Notes: generated by a model from the letters alone, not told the origin. A DNA stretch of 64,000 nt from Octopus bimaculoides (GCF_001194135.2 NC_068982.1:97216868-97280867), one strand, 5' to 3'. Shown: positions 47,501 to 59,271, counted from the first letter of the stretch. Numbers and translations: made by a program.

Positions 47501-50500
47501 AGGAATTCACAGGTCTTGTATTTTGATCTATTTTTTTTGCTGTAGCAGGGAATGGAGTCAGTGGTTCAATATCCATTTGTTCATTTCAGCAGTGCCATAG
47601 AAAAAAAGACAATCCAATTGAGTTAAGTTGACAAGAAAACAAAGAGGATCTAACATTTTGTGGGTAACATTTTCTAGCAATAAAGGTTGGTAATCAAAAC
47701 TGGTACTTTGGGAGTGACCCAAATATTTGGTTAAAGGGATGCAAATGTTCAAACAAGGTTTGTAATACAAACAACATTTCTCAATTCTGAAGTGAAGAAG
47801 TAGTAACACTGGTCTTCTCAAGGATTAGCATTTTCCTCTCAGTGCTCCATCAAAGAATATCAAAAGGGCCTTTTCTCTCTCTGACCCACATTCTCACAAC
47901 TCTGGTGTAACTAACTAAGGGTTTGATTAATCCTACCACACTCTTTTATGTTTATGATATTGACCTCTCTGATGTTACTGCTAACCAAACACTTAGGCAT
48001 TATCCATATGTATTCTACATACAATACACTACAATTGCACAACTTTATGACAGACCCCTGAAAATATCGTGCAAAAGAGCCATTACAACCTTATAACATT
48101 TAACAGCACAAAGACAGTCACTATACGTATCATTAACAGTCATATTTTCACTGTTGATAAACTAAAATTTCTATAGTTTTCACATAATCACAAGATCTGA
48201 AAATAATAATAATGAGCTTATTGTATGTAGTGCTCAGGTACATTACAATTCATTGGAAAAGAGTAAAAGATGATACAAAAAGCAGTGATAAGTAAAGAAA
48301 GATAGCAATGATAATTAAAAGTGGTTTTATAGTACATCATCATCATCAAGACAGACAAATGAACAGTTAAAGAACCATAAAGAGGAAAGGTTGCATAGGT
48401 ACATCAAGAGTAGTGCTGATGAATTTCAGGAAACATGGAATTTTTGAAGGATGCAATATCCTGATAGCCAATAATTGATGCAAATAATTTATTCCAGTCT
48501 TTGTCAATTCTAAGTTTGAAAAAATGTCACTGAAAATCATGGGTACTGTGTTGCTTTTTGATTTTATAAGCAAAATCTAGAATCTTATAATTTTCAATAA
48601 CATCTGTATATTTCTAGCATAGCCAAATCTGCATCCGAATATTAGGCTCTTGTCTCAGAGACTCAAATCCCTTCAAGTTTAAACAGTTGCTGAAATTCTT
48701 GAAAGCATACATATACTCTATATTAGAGAACTGTTCTCATCTCTGGTATCCCAAAGCTGCCACACACAAATGTTCAAAACCACATACTAATAAAAGGTCA
48801 TTTATCAAATTAGTAAACCTTCCCCATCAACATGTTACAACTATAAACTCAGCGATATGTTGTATCCTGTATATCCTTTTGGGTCTCTTATTGTTTTTGG
48901 TTTAGACACAAAGCTAGCAGTTTTGAGGGGAGGGGATAGTAGTTGTTACCACTGATTCCAGTACTTGACTTGTACTGTATTTTATTGATGAGTCTTTTAT
49001 AATTAATAGAAAGGTTTCTTGCTCCTCTGACCAAAAAAAGTGTGTACTAACTTTAGCCAAGCCCACCTGATGTACCAGTCTTTCTAACTTCTATCATTGT
49101 TCCTGTATTAAATATCTCATGAAATGCTTCCTTGTCTGAATCTTTTTTGTAACTTCTGTATGGTTGCCTTCAATCAAAAGAACTAACCAGCTGAACATCA
49201 GCCACACCAAATTCACTGGTCTGGTTAATGATGCAAATGCAATGGACACTGTCCTTCATCAATGAGAAGAAAAAAAACAAGATAACCATGTGTCTCCTCT
49301 ACAGTAAGATGCTTGTTTCTGACCCTTTCATGGTTTAGCTTCTCACGACCAAGCACAGGGCTACCACCCTCAATACCACTCTCTATCACTGTTGAAAGGG
49401 CTCTTTGTCTTGCAAGTTACTTGGTGATCTTGCCAGTGCTGGTGTCACATAAAAGGCACCCAATGCACTCTGTAAGGTGGTTGGCATTAGGAAGGGCGTC
49501 CAGCCATGGAAACCATGCCAAAGCAGACAATAGAGCTTGGTGTAGTCCTTTGACTTGCCAGCTCTTATCAAAGTATCCCACCCATGCCAGCATGGAAAAT
49601 GGACATTAAATGATGAAAGCTGGACCAAAAGCAGGAATTTCACTTAGCACCAAAAACAAATAACCATTGAACCTCTATGGGCTCACTGAGAGTTGATACC
49701 TTGTAGTTTTAATCTCTTCTTCATTGACTTACATTTAACCTCTTGAAGGAAGATCTGAAGAGGAATTAACAGATGTTATTGCAAAGAAATCTGATACATT
49801 TGAATCCAAACATCCCTTCCTCAGTTATCTATAAAAAATGCTAATTTTTCTTCTATTTTTTTGTACTTAAAAACTTGGAAATATAAGAAATCTTACCTTC
49901 CACTGTGGTAAATGCTTCAACCGTGGCAGAGAACAGTTACAAGAAAGAATCCAAGCAAGTTCTGTATGTTGTGGAATCTTAAATTCAAGTAATTTCACAT
50001 TAACGTTCATTCAAAAAAGAGTTGGTGGTATGTAAAATACTAATAATCTTATTGACTCATCTCAGACATTTGTTTAAATGTCTGAGATGAGTTGTTAATA
50101 AGATTATAATTTTTCAGAATGATGATGATGATGATGATGAGATTACTGATCAATTCTTCAGAGATGAAAGATATTTTCTAATCTTTATATCTTAAATACG
50201 TATTTGTTGGTTTTTATCTCCAACTGTAATAGTAATATATTTTTTCAGCTCTAAAGATGATGAAATCAACAGTCTGAAAAAAATCCTCAAGATAATTTAG
50301 ATTTCAGCTCAGAAGGCACAACAAGATCAAGTCGTATCCAAGTGTGATATATTGGAGAGCTATTGAACTCATGCCAGTGTTAAAAATAGGATGTAAATTG
50401 AATGATGATGAGGACATCAAGAATAATGAAGCTAATTTAACAGTCTATATTTATAGCATGGGCATGAAAGAACTGCTTAGTGTAAGACTAATTTCGCCAG

Positions 50501-53500
50501 CAGAAAGAATTTTACATAGAATGGTAATTGTTTCATTAAATTCTGCTTATACTAGACTGCTAGCTTTTCTATCATTGATTTGCTTCAGTCACTTTGCCAT
50601 ACAGGTGCCATACAGTGAGACTGAACCCAAGATTGCATGGTTGGGATCAAGTTTCTTAACCACACATCCACACCTGCATCTTAAGCAGTTGTCATTACAG
50701 CATCAAGCTTGTTTATAAGTTCATGTGTTCTATCTGCACAATAAGTAAATGTCCAAATTTATAAGAACCATCCTACCCATGCTAGGATTAATGTATGAAC
50801 TTAAAAATAAAGAAAAAAAAAACCTTCAGCTGAGTTAAGCAAAGGTTTCTGCAAAACCTAAATAATTTAAGAATTTTCTATTGTGTTCTCTGAACATGTT
50901 TGTGAGTTTCTATGGCTTCACTTATTGTACTGATACTTAATTTTAATTGCTAAAACTTCAGTGACTAAGGAAGTCTTCTAAATAAATATAACAACTCACC
51001 TGAGATTGCTGGAAAAGAATGACTTTTGTAGGGTCTAAACCACAGGCAAGAAGGCAAGCAGTCATGTCTAGAATGTTACTCCTTAAAGAAATTATTGTAA
51101 AAAATTAAAATTTTAAAACATTTAGAGGCTTATTTTAGATGTTAATTGTTTTATTGAGGAACTTTCATTTGTATCAATGTTAAATCTTTAAAGCTAACAA
51201 TATTATGTAGAAAATAGCATTTTTAATATTATTAGATTAAAATGATAATAACGAAAGTTATTTTGATCAGAGACCTTTTGAAATATTGAAAGAAATCAAC
51301 ATTTAGAAATATTACATTTCTAAATTTCTCAGAGAGATTTATACAGTAACAACATGATAAAGCGATGGTATGTTGCCAACTTAATGTGGCAGTCCCATGA
51401 AAGGGAAGAATGCTACTGCTATTTAGCCTAAGGAAACACTGTTTCCAGTTGGCCATGACACATTTTCTGTGTCCTTTGAAAACATAAAGACACAGAAAAT
51501 GTGTCATGGCCAACTGGAAATGGTATTTCCTAGGGCTAAATAGCAGTAGCATTCTTCCCTTTCATGGGACTGCCACATTAAGTTGGCAACATATCATCAC
51601 TTTAAATCAACATTTATTTAGGATCATAGGTAAAGAATATATAGCTAAATCTATGTATTGACTTTGATTTAGAATTATAATGCTTAATGTCCTTGAGATA
51701 GCCTTGAATATTACAAATTCTATTTAACTATTTCCTAAAAGTCATAAATTTCATAATGCTTCTCTCATGAAAAAATACTGGAAAACTTTTGGTTAATACT
51801 AGAATTCTATATTAAGATAGTGAACCTGCACACAATATTAATATTAATACAAGTGTTTTATTGTCTGTGGCCCAAATCCTTAATTCTATATGCTTTAGCG
51901 CACATAGTTGGTAGGAACTGGAACACAATATTCTTTGCTTGTCACCCTTAATATCTGGTGTGCTTCACTAAAGGACTTAACTTTTCCGCTCAAAACCATG
52001 TCAATAGTGCAAAGCACCTGACCTGAAGCAATAAAAGTAACAGCAGTTCTATTAGTGTTATCTGCACCAACTGCAACACTATCACACATACCACTGCTAC
52101 CATTATCATCAACATCATTAAAATTATATCTAATATATGACAGTATGTGATACAATAGAGTTTACTGTGTAAAGTATGGACAGTAATGAAATGCCAATAA
52201 TATTGGTACATAAACTTAACAATAATAATTTTTCCTTTTTAAAGATGAAACATTTTCATATTTACATCTACACTAATTGTATAAGAGTCAGTGACATAGT
52301 AGTAGTGGAAAAGAGCCTTAGTTTAGGAATAAAGGTTCCTAATTCGAATTCAGTCTAATACAGTGTAATATATCCAAGAATGAAACAACTATTATAATTA
52401 CAGATCAAACAGATTAAGGAGTAGTGTGGGTGTAAATATATATATAAAAAAACAACTTACTTAAGACATTGAAGCAATGATTCATAAATTAAGGAAGAAG
52501 CTTCATAAAGGTAAGTAAAGTTAGCTGAGATATCGTATTTGTTTGGGGATAGTGAAATATAGCATGATGTAGTATAACTCAATGAAACATCATCTTTGAA
52601 CTATCCACATTTATCACCTAAATCTAAGGTTATATTAGAACTGAGAAGTTTGGGTGAAGCATTATGTGATATTAAGTTAGATAAAAACTTGTTAACATTA
52701 TTTACATTTGACGGATATTTGTCCTGATCTTGTTTGTTGTTAACACAACGTTTCAGCTGATATACCATCCAGCCTTCATCAGGTGTCCTGGGGAAATTTT
52801 GAACCAGGGATCTCATTCCTAAGGTATTTTTCGATGTTATTATTATTCAGGTCACTGCCTGGAATTGAACTTGGAATCTTGGGGCTAGTAACCTGCACTC
52901 TTAACCACTATGCCATATGCCTGTGAACCCAGGTTCGAAATTTCCCCCAAGACACCTGATGAAGGCTGGAGGGTATGTCAACCAAAACGTTGTGTTAACA
53001 AACAAGATGAGGACAAATATCCGTCAGATGTAAATAATGTACATAATTCCTCATCTCTTAAATATAGAACTGAAGAACTTGTTAAGACTGAAAATGTGTA
53101 AAATGAAATACAAAAATGAAGACAGCACAATTACATCTTAACTTGAATTTCTTTGATATTTTGGGGTTAGGACCATTTTATGAGGACGTATGGAGAAATT
53201 GGAGATGGAATGAAGTTATAATTGTTGCTCAGACATGTGTGTGAGGGTAGTGATATGCAGAGACTAGGTTTGTTGTAGTAGCCAGTCAGCTCCATTAAAT
53301 ATATTTAAATATCCATGATATTTAAAACCTAAATCTTAGTTAAAACTACAGCACACTTCATATCAAATTCTAATGGAATCAAGACAAATGAGCAGATAAT
53401 TTGGTACATGTTTCAAAGCAGTTATTTCAATGAAAATGTTTCTTAATGCATTCACACCTACCTGAGCTGTTGGGGTTTGTGAGCCAGTGTAATTGTATGA

Positions 53501-56500
53501 AGGTCAACTAAACTGAGGATTACTGAAGAGTGTTTGTCTTGTAGACTGACCCAGTTCTTGATAGCACCAATATAATTGCCTAAATGTGGAACATCTGATG
53601 TTGGCTGGATGCCTGAAAATAACCGTTGTGACGAGTGATCTGGGTTTGATTCCTGTGTAATGAACATTAAGACATAATTAGGACTTCTTTTCAACAAAGC
53701 ACAAAAATGAATTTTTATAAGAGGGAATAAATCAGACCTCTAGGGCCTATATAGCTGCTTATTCTCAGAGAGATAAAATGTTAGAGAGGACCTCTCAAGA
53801 TGAATACCTCAGTATTTGGCATTCTAACAAGACATCCATATGAAGTTGAATATAAAGATTGCCTTTTAGTACTGATATTGCTTCACTAATGGTCAACATG
53901 ATTTTTAGTGCCAAGAAACAGAACACGTTTTTTAGCTAATTTGATGGTGCTGATTCCGAAAATGGCCTTAGTTTTTTATGATTAGCTACTACCGTTTTTG
54001 CTGTACTGAAATTGCTCATTTCTGGAAAAAAGATCAATTTATGATCTTGGCTGATCGCAAAATTTAGTTAAAAAAGGTAGTAGAAACCCATGAATTTTCA
54101 GGTAGTCTGAGCAATTTATGTCAGCCACCTGAAATAAACTAATTTTATAAGAAAAAAAAGTGTTTTTGAGTCAAAACTTTTAAAATAGAAGTACCGAATT
54201 TTTCCAATTTATTGCCAAAATTCAAATTAACTGATAAACTTTATCAGTAATATACTTTAGTAAACCTGATAATTAAAGTGACATCAAAAAAATGAAACCC
54301 TAAAATCTTCTGTTTGATATTCATAAATTTATCCCATCACTTTTTCTCTTCAATACGGAAGGAAACCAAGCACATTAAGAACTTTTGTTTTCACAGTTGG
54401 AAAAAAACTCCAACTAAAGACATCCCAATTGAATGCACCTATTCCATTGTACATGATGAACATCATGAAAATGGTTTCACCATAACATCTGCCCTCTACA
54501 TGGGATTACGAAGATATGAAATAGAATCAGCGTAACGACTTTTTCCGTCTTTTGTTATTGACAGTTTTACGAGTGTAATGTAAATGCTCCACCAACTCAT
54601 GTTCTTTTTTAATCATAGAGATAGATATCAAATGACATGGCTTCAACGAGATGATGCAAAAATGATCTCAACTTATTTTACTATACATGTGGCGAGTTCA
54701 CACCGAAAGCCAACAGGAAACCGGTATCTGACTTTTACAAGAAAGCCTATTGTGCTTACTTTCATGTTGAGCTTGGTGATCAGGACAAATCATGGGCCCC
54801 TCACATTGTTTGCAAGACATGTTTGGAACACATGAAACAGCAGATTTCAGGTACCCGAAGATCACTGAAATTTGCTATTCCTATGAATACCACTCTGACG
54901 AATGTTACTTCTGCTCAGTCAGTGTTGTGGGACTGAACCAAAAGAAATGCAGATCTATCGACTATCCCAGTCTTCATTCCACTATTCGACCAGTGCCGCA
55001 TTCAGATGATTTGCCAATTCCAGGTTTTCATGAAACTTGTTGAAAGCCACAAGTCTGATACTGATGTAAATGAGAGACACAGTGAAAACGATCCTGACTA
55101 TGTTCCCAAAACTGTTTAACCAAAATGAGCTGAATAATTTGGTTCGAGACATAAATCTAAACAGAGAATCAGCAGAACTTTTGGCTTCTAGGCTCAACGA
55201 AAAACACCTGTTAGCAAAAAGCACAAAGGTAACATTCTAGCGAAATAAGAATGCCGAATTTGTACCATTCTTTAATGAGAACACGGATCTTGTTCATTGC
55301 AATGACATTGAGAGCATTCTTCTTTGACTAGGCGCCCACAAATACGCTCATGATGAATGGAGATTGTTCATTGATAGTTCAAAACGTAGTTTGAAATGTA
55401 TTTTGCTCCATAATTCCAACATGAACACACCAATACCTATAGGTCATTCAACAACACTGAAAGAAAAACATGATGCCATCAAACAGGTTATGGAACAGAT
55501 TGACTACACCAAACATAAATGGGTGTTATGTGTCGATTTGAAAATGGCAAATGTCCTGCTTGGTCAACAAAGTGGCTATACGAAATTCCCATGTTTTTTG
55601 TGTATGTGGGACATTAGAGCAAAAGAGGAGCACTGGAAAAGGAAAGATTGGACACCTTTAGAGTTGAAAGTCAGTGAAAAGAACGTTATTAGTGCAGCGC
55701 TAGTTCCAAAAGAAAAAAAATCATCTTCCCTCCCTTGCATATCAAATTGAGATTAATGAAACAGTATGTAAAATCACTCGACAAAGAAAGTAAATGTTTT
55801 GAGTATATATATATGTTTTGAGTAAATCGTTTCCAGGACTTAGCACTGAAAAACTCAAAGCAGGAGTGTTTGATGGTCCCGATATCAGGAAACTCATTAA
55901 GGATGATGAATTTGTTAATTCAATGAATGACTTGTTAATTCAATGAATGACTTGGAATTGTTTCTAATTAAGATACGAAGCTAACAATTTTGATGAGTGG
56001 CTTTTTATTTTTTCAACAACACTGACCTAGAACTCCACTGGTATTTATTTTGATCCTGGAAGGGGTGAAAGGTAAGTTGACCTTAATGGGATTTGAATTC
56101 AGAACATAAAGATTCGGAAGAAATACTGAAAAGTACTTTTTTCCAACATTCTAATGATCCTACTAATCTGTTGCTTTTAGGATATTTAACAATGATTAAG
56201 GCAGTGGATTGGATGTTTAGAGTGATGGTTAAAATGCCTGGTCATATTTTGGTAAAGTTCTTTCATTCTGAATTAAAATCCCGCCAAATTTAACTTTTGA
56301 AGTGACTAAAGTAAAAGTACCACTCCACAGTTGGAGTTGAATATTCCTATAAAGCATCTTAGATATGAACGGAACGATAATAGAAGAGAAAGAGAAGAAC
56401 AAAATACGAATGACAGGCATAACTCTATCTAGTATACATCGGGCATCCTGAAGTAGTGGAGTTCGTTCATTTCTAATTTACTCCGCTTTACATGTTAATG

Positions 56501-57633
56501 AGGAGGCGCAATGGTCCAGTGGTTAGGGCAGCGGACTCGCGGTTTCGATTCCCAGACCGGGCGTTGTGAGTGTTTATTGATCGAAAACACCTAAAGCTCC
56601 GCGCGGCTCCGGCATGGGACGGTGGTGAACCCTGCTGTACTCTTTCACCACAACTTCCTCTCACTCTTACTTCCTGTTTCTGTTGTGCCTGTAATTCAAA
56701 GGGTCAGCCTTGTCACAGTGTCACGCTGAATATCCCCGAGAACTACGTTAAGGGTACACGTGTCTGTGGAGTGCTCAGCCACTTGCACGTTAATTTCACG
56801 AGCAGGCTGTTCCGTTGATCGAATCAACTGGAACCCTCGACGGAGTGCCAACAACATGTTAATGAACCACGTCTCCACCGTTTAATGCGGTGATATGCAT
56901 TTCAGCATGTAGTTAGTGAGGTTGTTGTTGCTGATTAGCTGTGACCATCACATTTTTTGAGAGATGTGTAGGAATATATGATTTAATGTATCTTTCTTGC
57001 TTAAAACGGTAGTTGGTGATTTGAGGGAAATTTGACACACCTACTTCGAACAAGTCGAACATAGTGATTTCCCTCAGCTGACAGATTTGACCAGCGTTAA
57101 CTGTGTCGTTGTTGAGGACATTACCTAGCGGTAGCCACATTATACGAACCATTTAGTGACTCTCAATAACATAAAAGGAAAACTTATATAATTTATGTTA
57201 TACATGTTAGGAGGATGTGAAAAGGCTATGAGCAGTGCATTTCTCAAGCAGATAAAGAAATACATGCAAATATATGACAATAAGTGTAATTATTTAAAGA
57301 TAAAAACGGATGCTGGAAAATGTCATTCACATCTCTACCCTCTAAGCTAACTTCAAAAGTCCCCTCACAATAAACTATCAATAAATATTAAGAGAAACAC
57401 CAAGCATAAATACAAATCTGTAAGGTGACATTCACGGAATATCATACTTTTGAACCTTGAATGGAATTTACAGTCGAATTTATACTTACTGTCATTGTAT
57501 GCACAGCAGTAGTAGGTATTGAAGAACGTTGTCGATGATGTGAAAAAGGCGACAATAATTTTGACACGGAGAAATGACACGCACCTTGCGCGTAACGTGC
57601 CTTCAAACCAACGTGTTTAAAGGACGACGCCAT
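44084..57633 (-). CDS. WARS2: Mitochondrial tryptophanyl-tRNA synthetase, 7 coding exons, 384 aa
   Basis: Exons 57633-57490, 53652-53462, 51081-51000, 49977-49897, 47432-47350, 45933-45815, 44538-44084 sum to 1155 nt in frame with GT-AG. Class I motifs SGIQPT...[28 protein letters not shown]. Confidence 0.96.
45049..45409 (+). mobile_element. tRNA-head SINE, same family, WARS2 intron 6
   Basis: 11-bp TSD AGGTCAAACAT (45038-45048, 45410-45420). Confidence 0.88.
45815..45933 (-). CDS. WARS2: WARS2 exon 6 ([20 protein letters not shown]...PNILT)
   Basis: 119 nt, cag|...|gtaac. Confidence 0.95.
46125..46428 (+). mobile_element. RTE-tail copy in WARS2 intron 5
   Basis: Same signature, (GAT)n tail. 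Confidence 0.8.
47350..47432 (-). CDS. WARS2: WARS2 exon 5 ([28 protein letters not shown])
   Basis: 83 nt, cag|...|gtaagt. Confidence 0.95.
49897..49977 (-). CDS. WARS2: WARS2 exon 4 ([27 protein letters not shown])
   Basis: 81 nt, aag|...|gtaag. Confidence 0.95.
51000..51081 (-). CDS. WARS2: WARS2 exon 3 ([27 protein letters not shown])
   Basis: 82 nt, aag|...|gtgag. Confidence 0.95.
51358..51604. repeat. ~120-bp-arm hairpin related to the 29-kb element termini; WARS2 intron 2
   Basis: Near-perfect inverted repeat; cctagggctaaatagcagtagcatt...gccacattaagttggcaaca aligns by eye with cctggggctaaaagcaacagtaacatc...gccacacttaagtggcaata. Confidence 0.8.
52696..53072 (-). mobile_element. ORF-less PLE derivative: tRNA-like head + (AAT)n + hammerhead, plus inverted pseudo-LTR copy; WARS2 intron 2
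   Basis: TSD AACTTGTTAA (52686-52695, 53076-53085; 13 bp with one mismatch); A-box TGGCATAGTGG and B-box GTTCAATTCC on minus strand ~52921-52850; hammerhead motifs 52742-52787 (-) and 52951-52996 (+). Confidence 0.85.
52742..52787 (-). ncRNA. Hammerhead motif with intact core, sense to WARS2 pre-mRNA
   Basis: GACAC-CUGAUGA-A-GGCUG...CAGCU-GAA-ACGU-U-GUGUU (G.U closing pair). Confidence 0.65.
53462..53652 (-). CDS. WARS2: WARS2 exon 2 ([35 protein letters not shown]...)
   Basis: 191 nt, cag|...|gtagg. Confidence 0.95.
53920..55960 (+). mobile_element. Decayed DNA transposon in WARS2 intron 1, antisense to the gene (family recalled as TcMar-ISRm11-like; classification uncertain)
   Basis: ATG 54637 MASTR*CKNDLN...[82 protein letters not shown]; multiple stops and frameshifts. 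Confidence 0.8.
56502..56853 (+). mobile_element. tRNA-head SINE, same family, WARS2 intron 1
   Basis: 12-bp TSD ACATGTTAATGA (56490-56501, 56854-56865). Confidence 0.88.
57490..57633 (-). CDS. WARS2: WARS2 exon 1 (48-aa mitochondrial presequence [14 protein letters not shown]...)
   Basis: atcATGG start; 144 nt; donor GTAAGT; phase 0 matches exon 2. Confidence 0.85.
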
Positions 57634-58658
57634 GATAGTTTACTTTATAAAGGGAAGCAACTCTAAAAAAATTGATTTTGCTGGAAATTGCCTCCCTTCT
57701 TTCCTATGAAATAGCAGTCATAGTAAGTTTTATGTAGTGAGTCTTGCTGTAAACTTAGGACACACGAGGGATTTTCGGTTGTTTGGGATGAAGGTCGAAG
57801 CGATTAGCTTCATTGTTATTTAAGAAACCACCAGGATTTGCCCGTCTCTCTTTCACAAAATACCGAATGTCACAGAAGACTACATATTAAAAGGTAAACA
57901 GGCATATGGCTTAATCTCATTTACATAATAGTTCAAGTTTAATTAAAAAGCAATACAACGTAGCTTACGGATAAATTATATATCCTTATACGTTTGACAT
58001 CACTATAGAATTAAGTCCCACGAGGGCTTTCTTGGTAGGATTGAACAGCTTGTTCAATCGTTCTACCAATTTATTTTGACTCATAACAGTGACAGACTGT
58101 TCTTTCTAATTTTAGCACAAGACCACTAATTTTGAGCGAAGTTTATCGAACCGGAAAGGATAAAAGGCAAAGTTGACTACGACTGAATTTGAGCTTAGAA
58201 CAAAGAGACTGAAGAAATGCAGCAAAAAGCATTTTGTCAGAACGATTCTGCCGATTCCCCGCCTTCAACTGATAGCTAATTAACCGCAAGAACTTGTTTT
58301 AAAAATGTATGGAACCATTATTATTGGAAAGATGGACACTAAAATATTTAGATGAATCTAATTAATTTGCAACGGTAATTATTCATACGGAGTTGAAATA
58401 GTTATTTGACATTACAGATGAATGCTAAACAAAAAGCTGTAGATTAGGAAACACTGTACGTCATTCTTGATGCTCGGTGAAACAGTAACTGTTTGGAAGG
58501 ATACAATGGTAATCCTTTGTTAGCTCTGGATGTGTACATTGTCTATAACATTGAGAAAAATGTTGAACTTCGTAATAATAATAGTAAATAAATGAGTCAA
58601 TTAATATGTGAATTCTCCGTATCTTTTCCTTTGTAATTCCTTAATTTAAAATTCAAAG

Positions 58659-59271
58659 GGATCTTTTTTAAAACGGGGGCCACATTTTTCATTAACGAAA
58701 CACTTTGAAACTTGGAACACTGGTAGAATGTGTCATATAAAACATCTTTTTCTCTTAGTCTTCTTAAAAAAAAAAGAAATCCATAAATNNNNNNNNNNNT
58801 ATTCCATGTTAAAGTTGTCGTATTTCTGTAATTTCAACCAATCACTGACGTCCATTCAGCCGATATACATTAAGTGCCGACTACACAAACAAACGATTCT
58901 GAAACAATTAATCCTAACCCTAACCCTAACTCTAACCCTAACCCTAACTCTAACCCTAACCCTAACCCTAAGGTTAGGGTTGGGGTTAGGGTTAGGGTTA
59001 AAGCAAATTTAAAATGAAAAAAGCAAATAAAACGAAGAATCGTTTGTTTATGTAGCCGGCACTTAATGTATATCGGCTGAATGGACGTCAGTGATTGGTT
59101 GAAATTATCGAAATAAGACAATTTTTTACATGAAATAAATTCGAATACAAAAATATTTTTCTATTCTATAACACAAAATAGATAAGTATACGAAGTTTGA
59201 AAGTCTTTCGGTACCAAAAACACTACGTAAAACATTAATGAAAAATGTGGCCCCCGTTTTAAAAAAGATCC
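58659..59271. mobile_element. MITE with ~37-bp GG-ended TIRs, 8-bp TSD, nested inner inverted repeat and central telomeric-like repeats
   Basis: TSD ATTCAAAG (58651-58658, 59272-59279); TIR ggatcttttttaaaacgggggccacatttttcattaa; inner arms 58821-58900 / 59036-59115. Confidence 0.85.
58913..59000. repeat. (CCCTAA)n followed by (TTAGGG)n
   Basis: Directly visible, with ctctaa and ttgggg variants. Confidence 0.9.

Noticed and set aside
47558-47821. ORF inside the WARS2 locus as an exon
   Set aside because: No TrpRS similarity; the seven real exons already give a complete frame
48410-48440. CTGATGA...GAAA motif
   Set aside because: No helix II or helix I pairing; chance match
52850-52921. Functional tRNA gene
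   Set aside because: A and B boxes are present but the acceptor and anticodon stems pair poorly, and it runs into a repeat body; it is an element head (likewise 35990-36035 and the SINE heads)
58913-59000. Ancestral telomere-telomere fusion site
   Set aside because: The order is (CCCTAA)n then (TTAGGG)n, opposite to a fusion scar, and the array is centred in a TSD-flanked MITE
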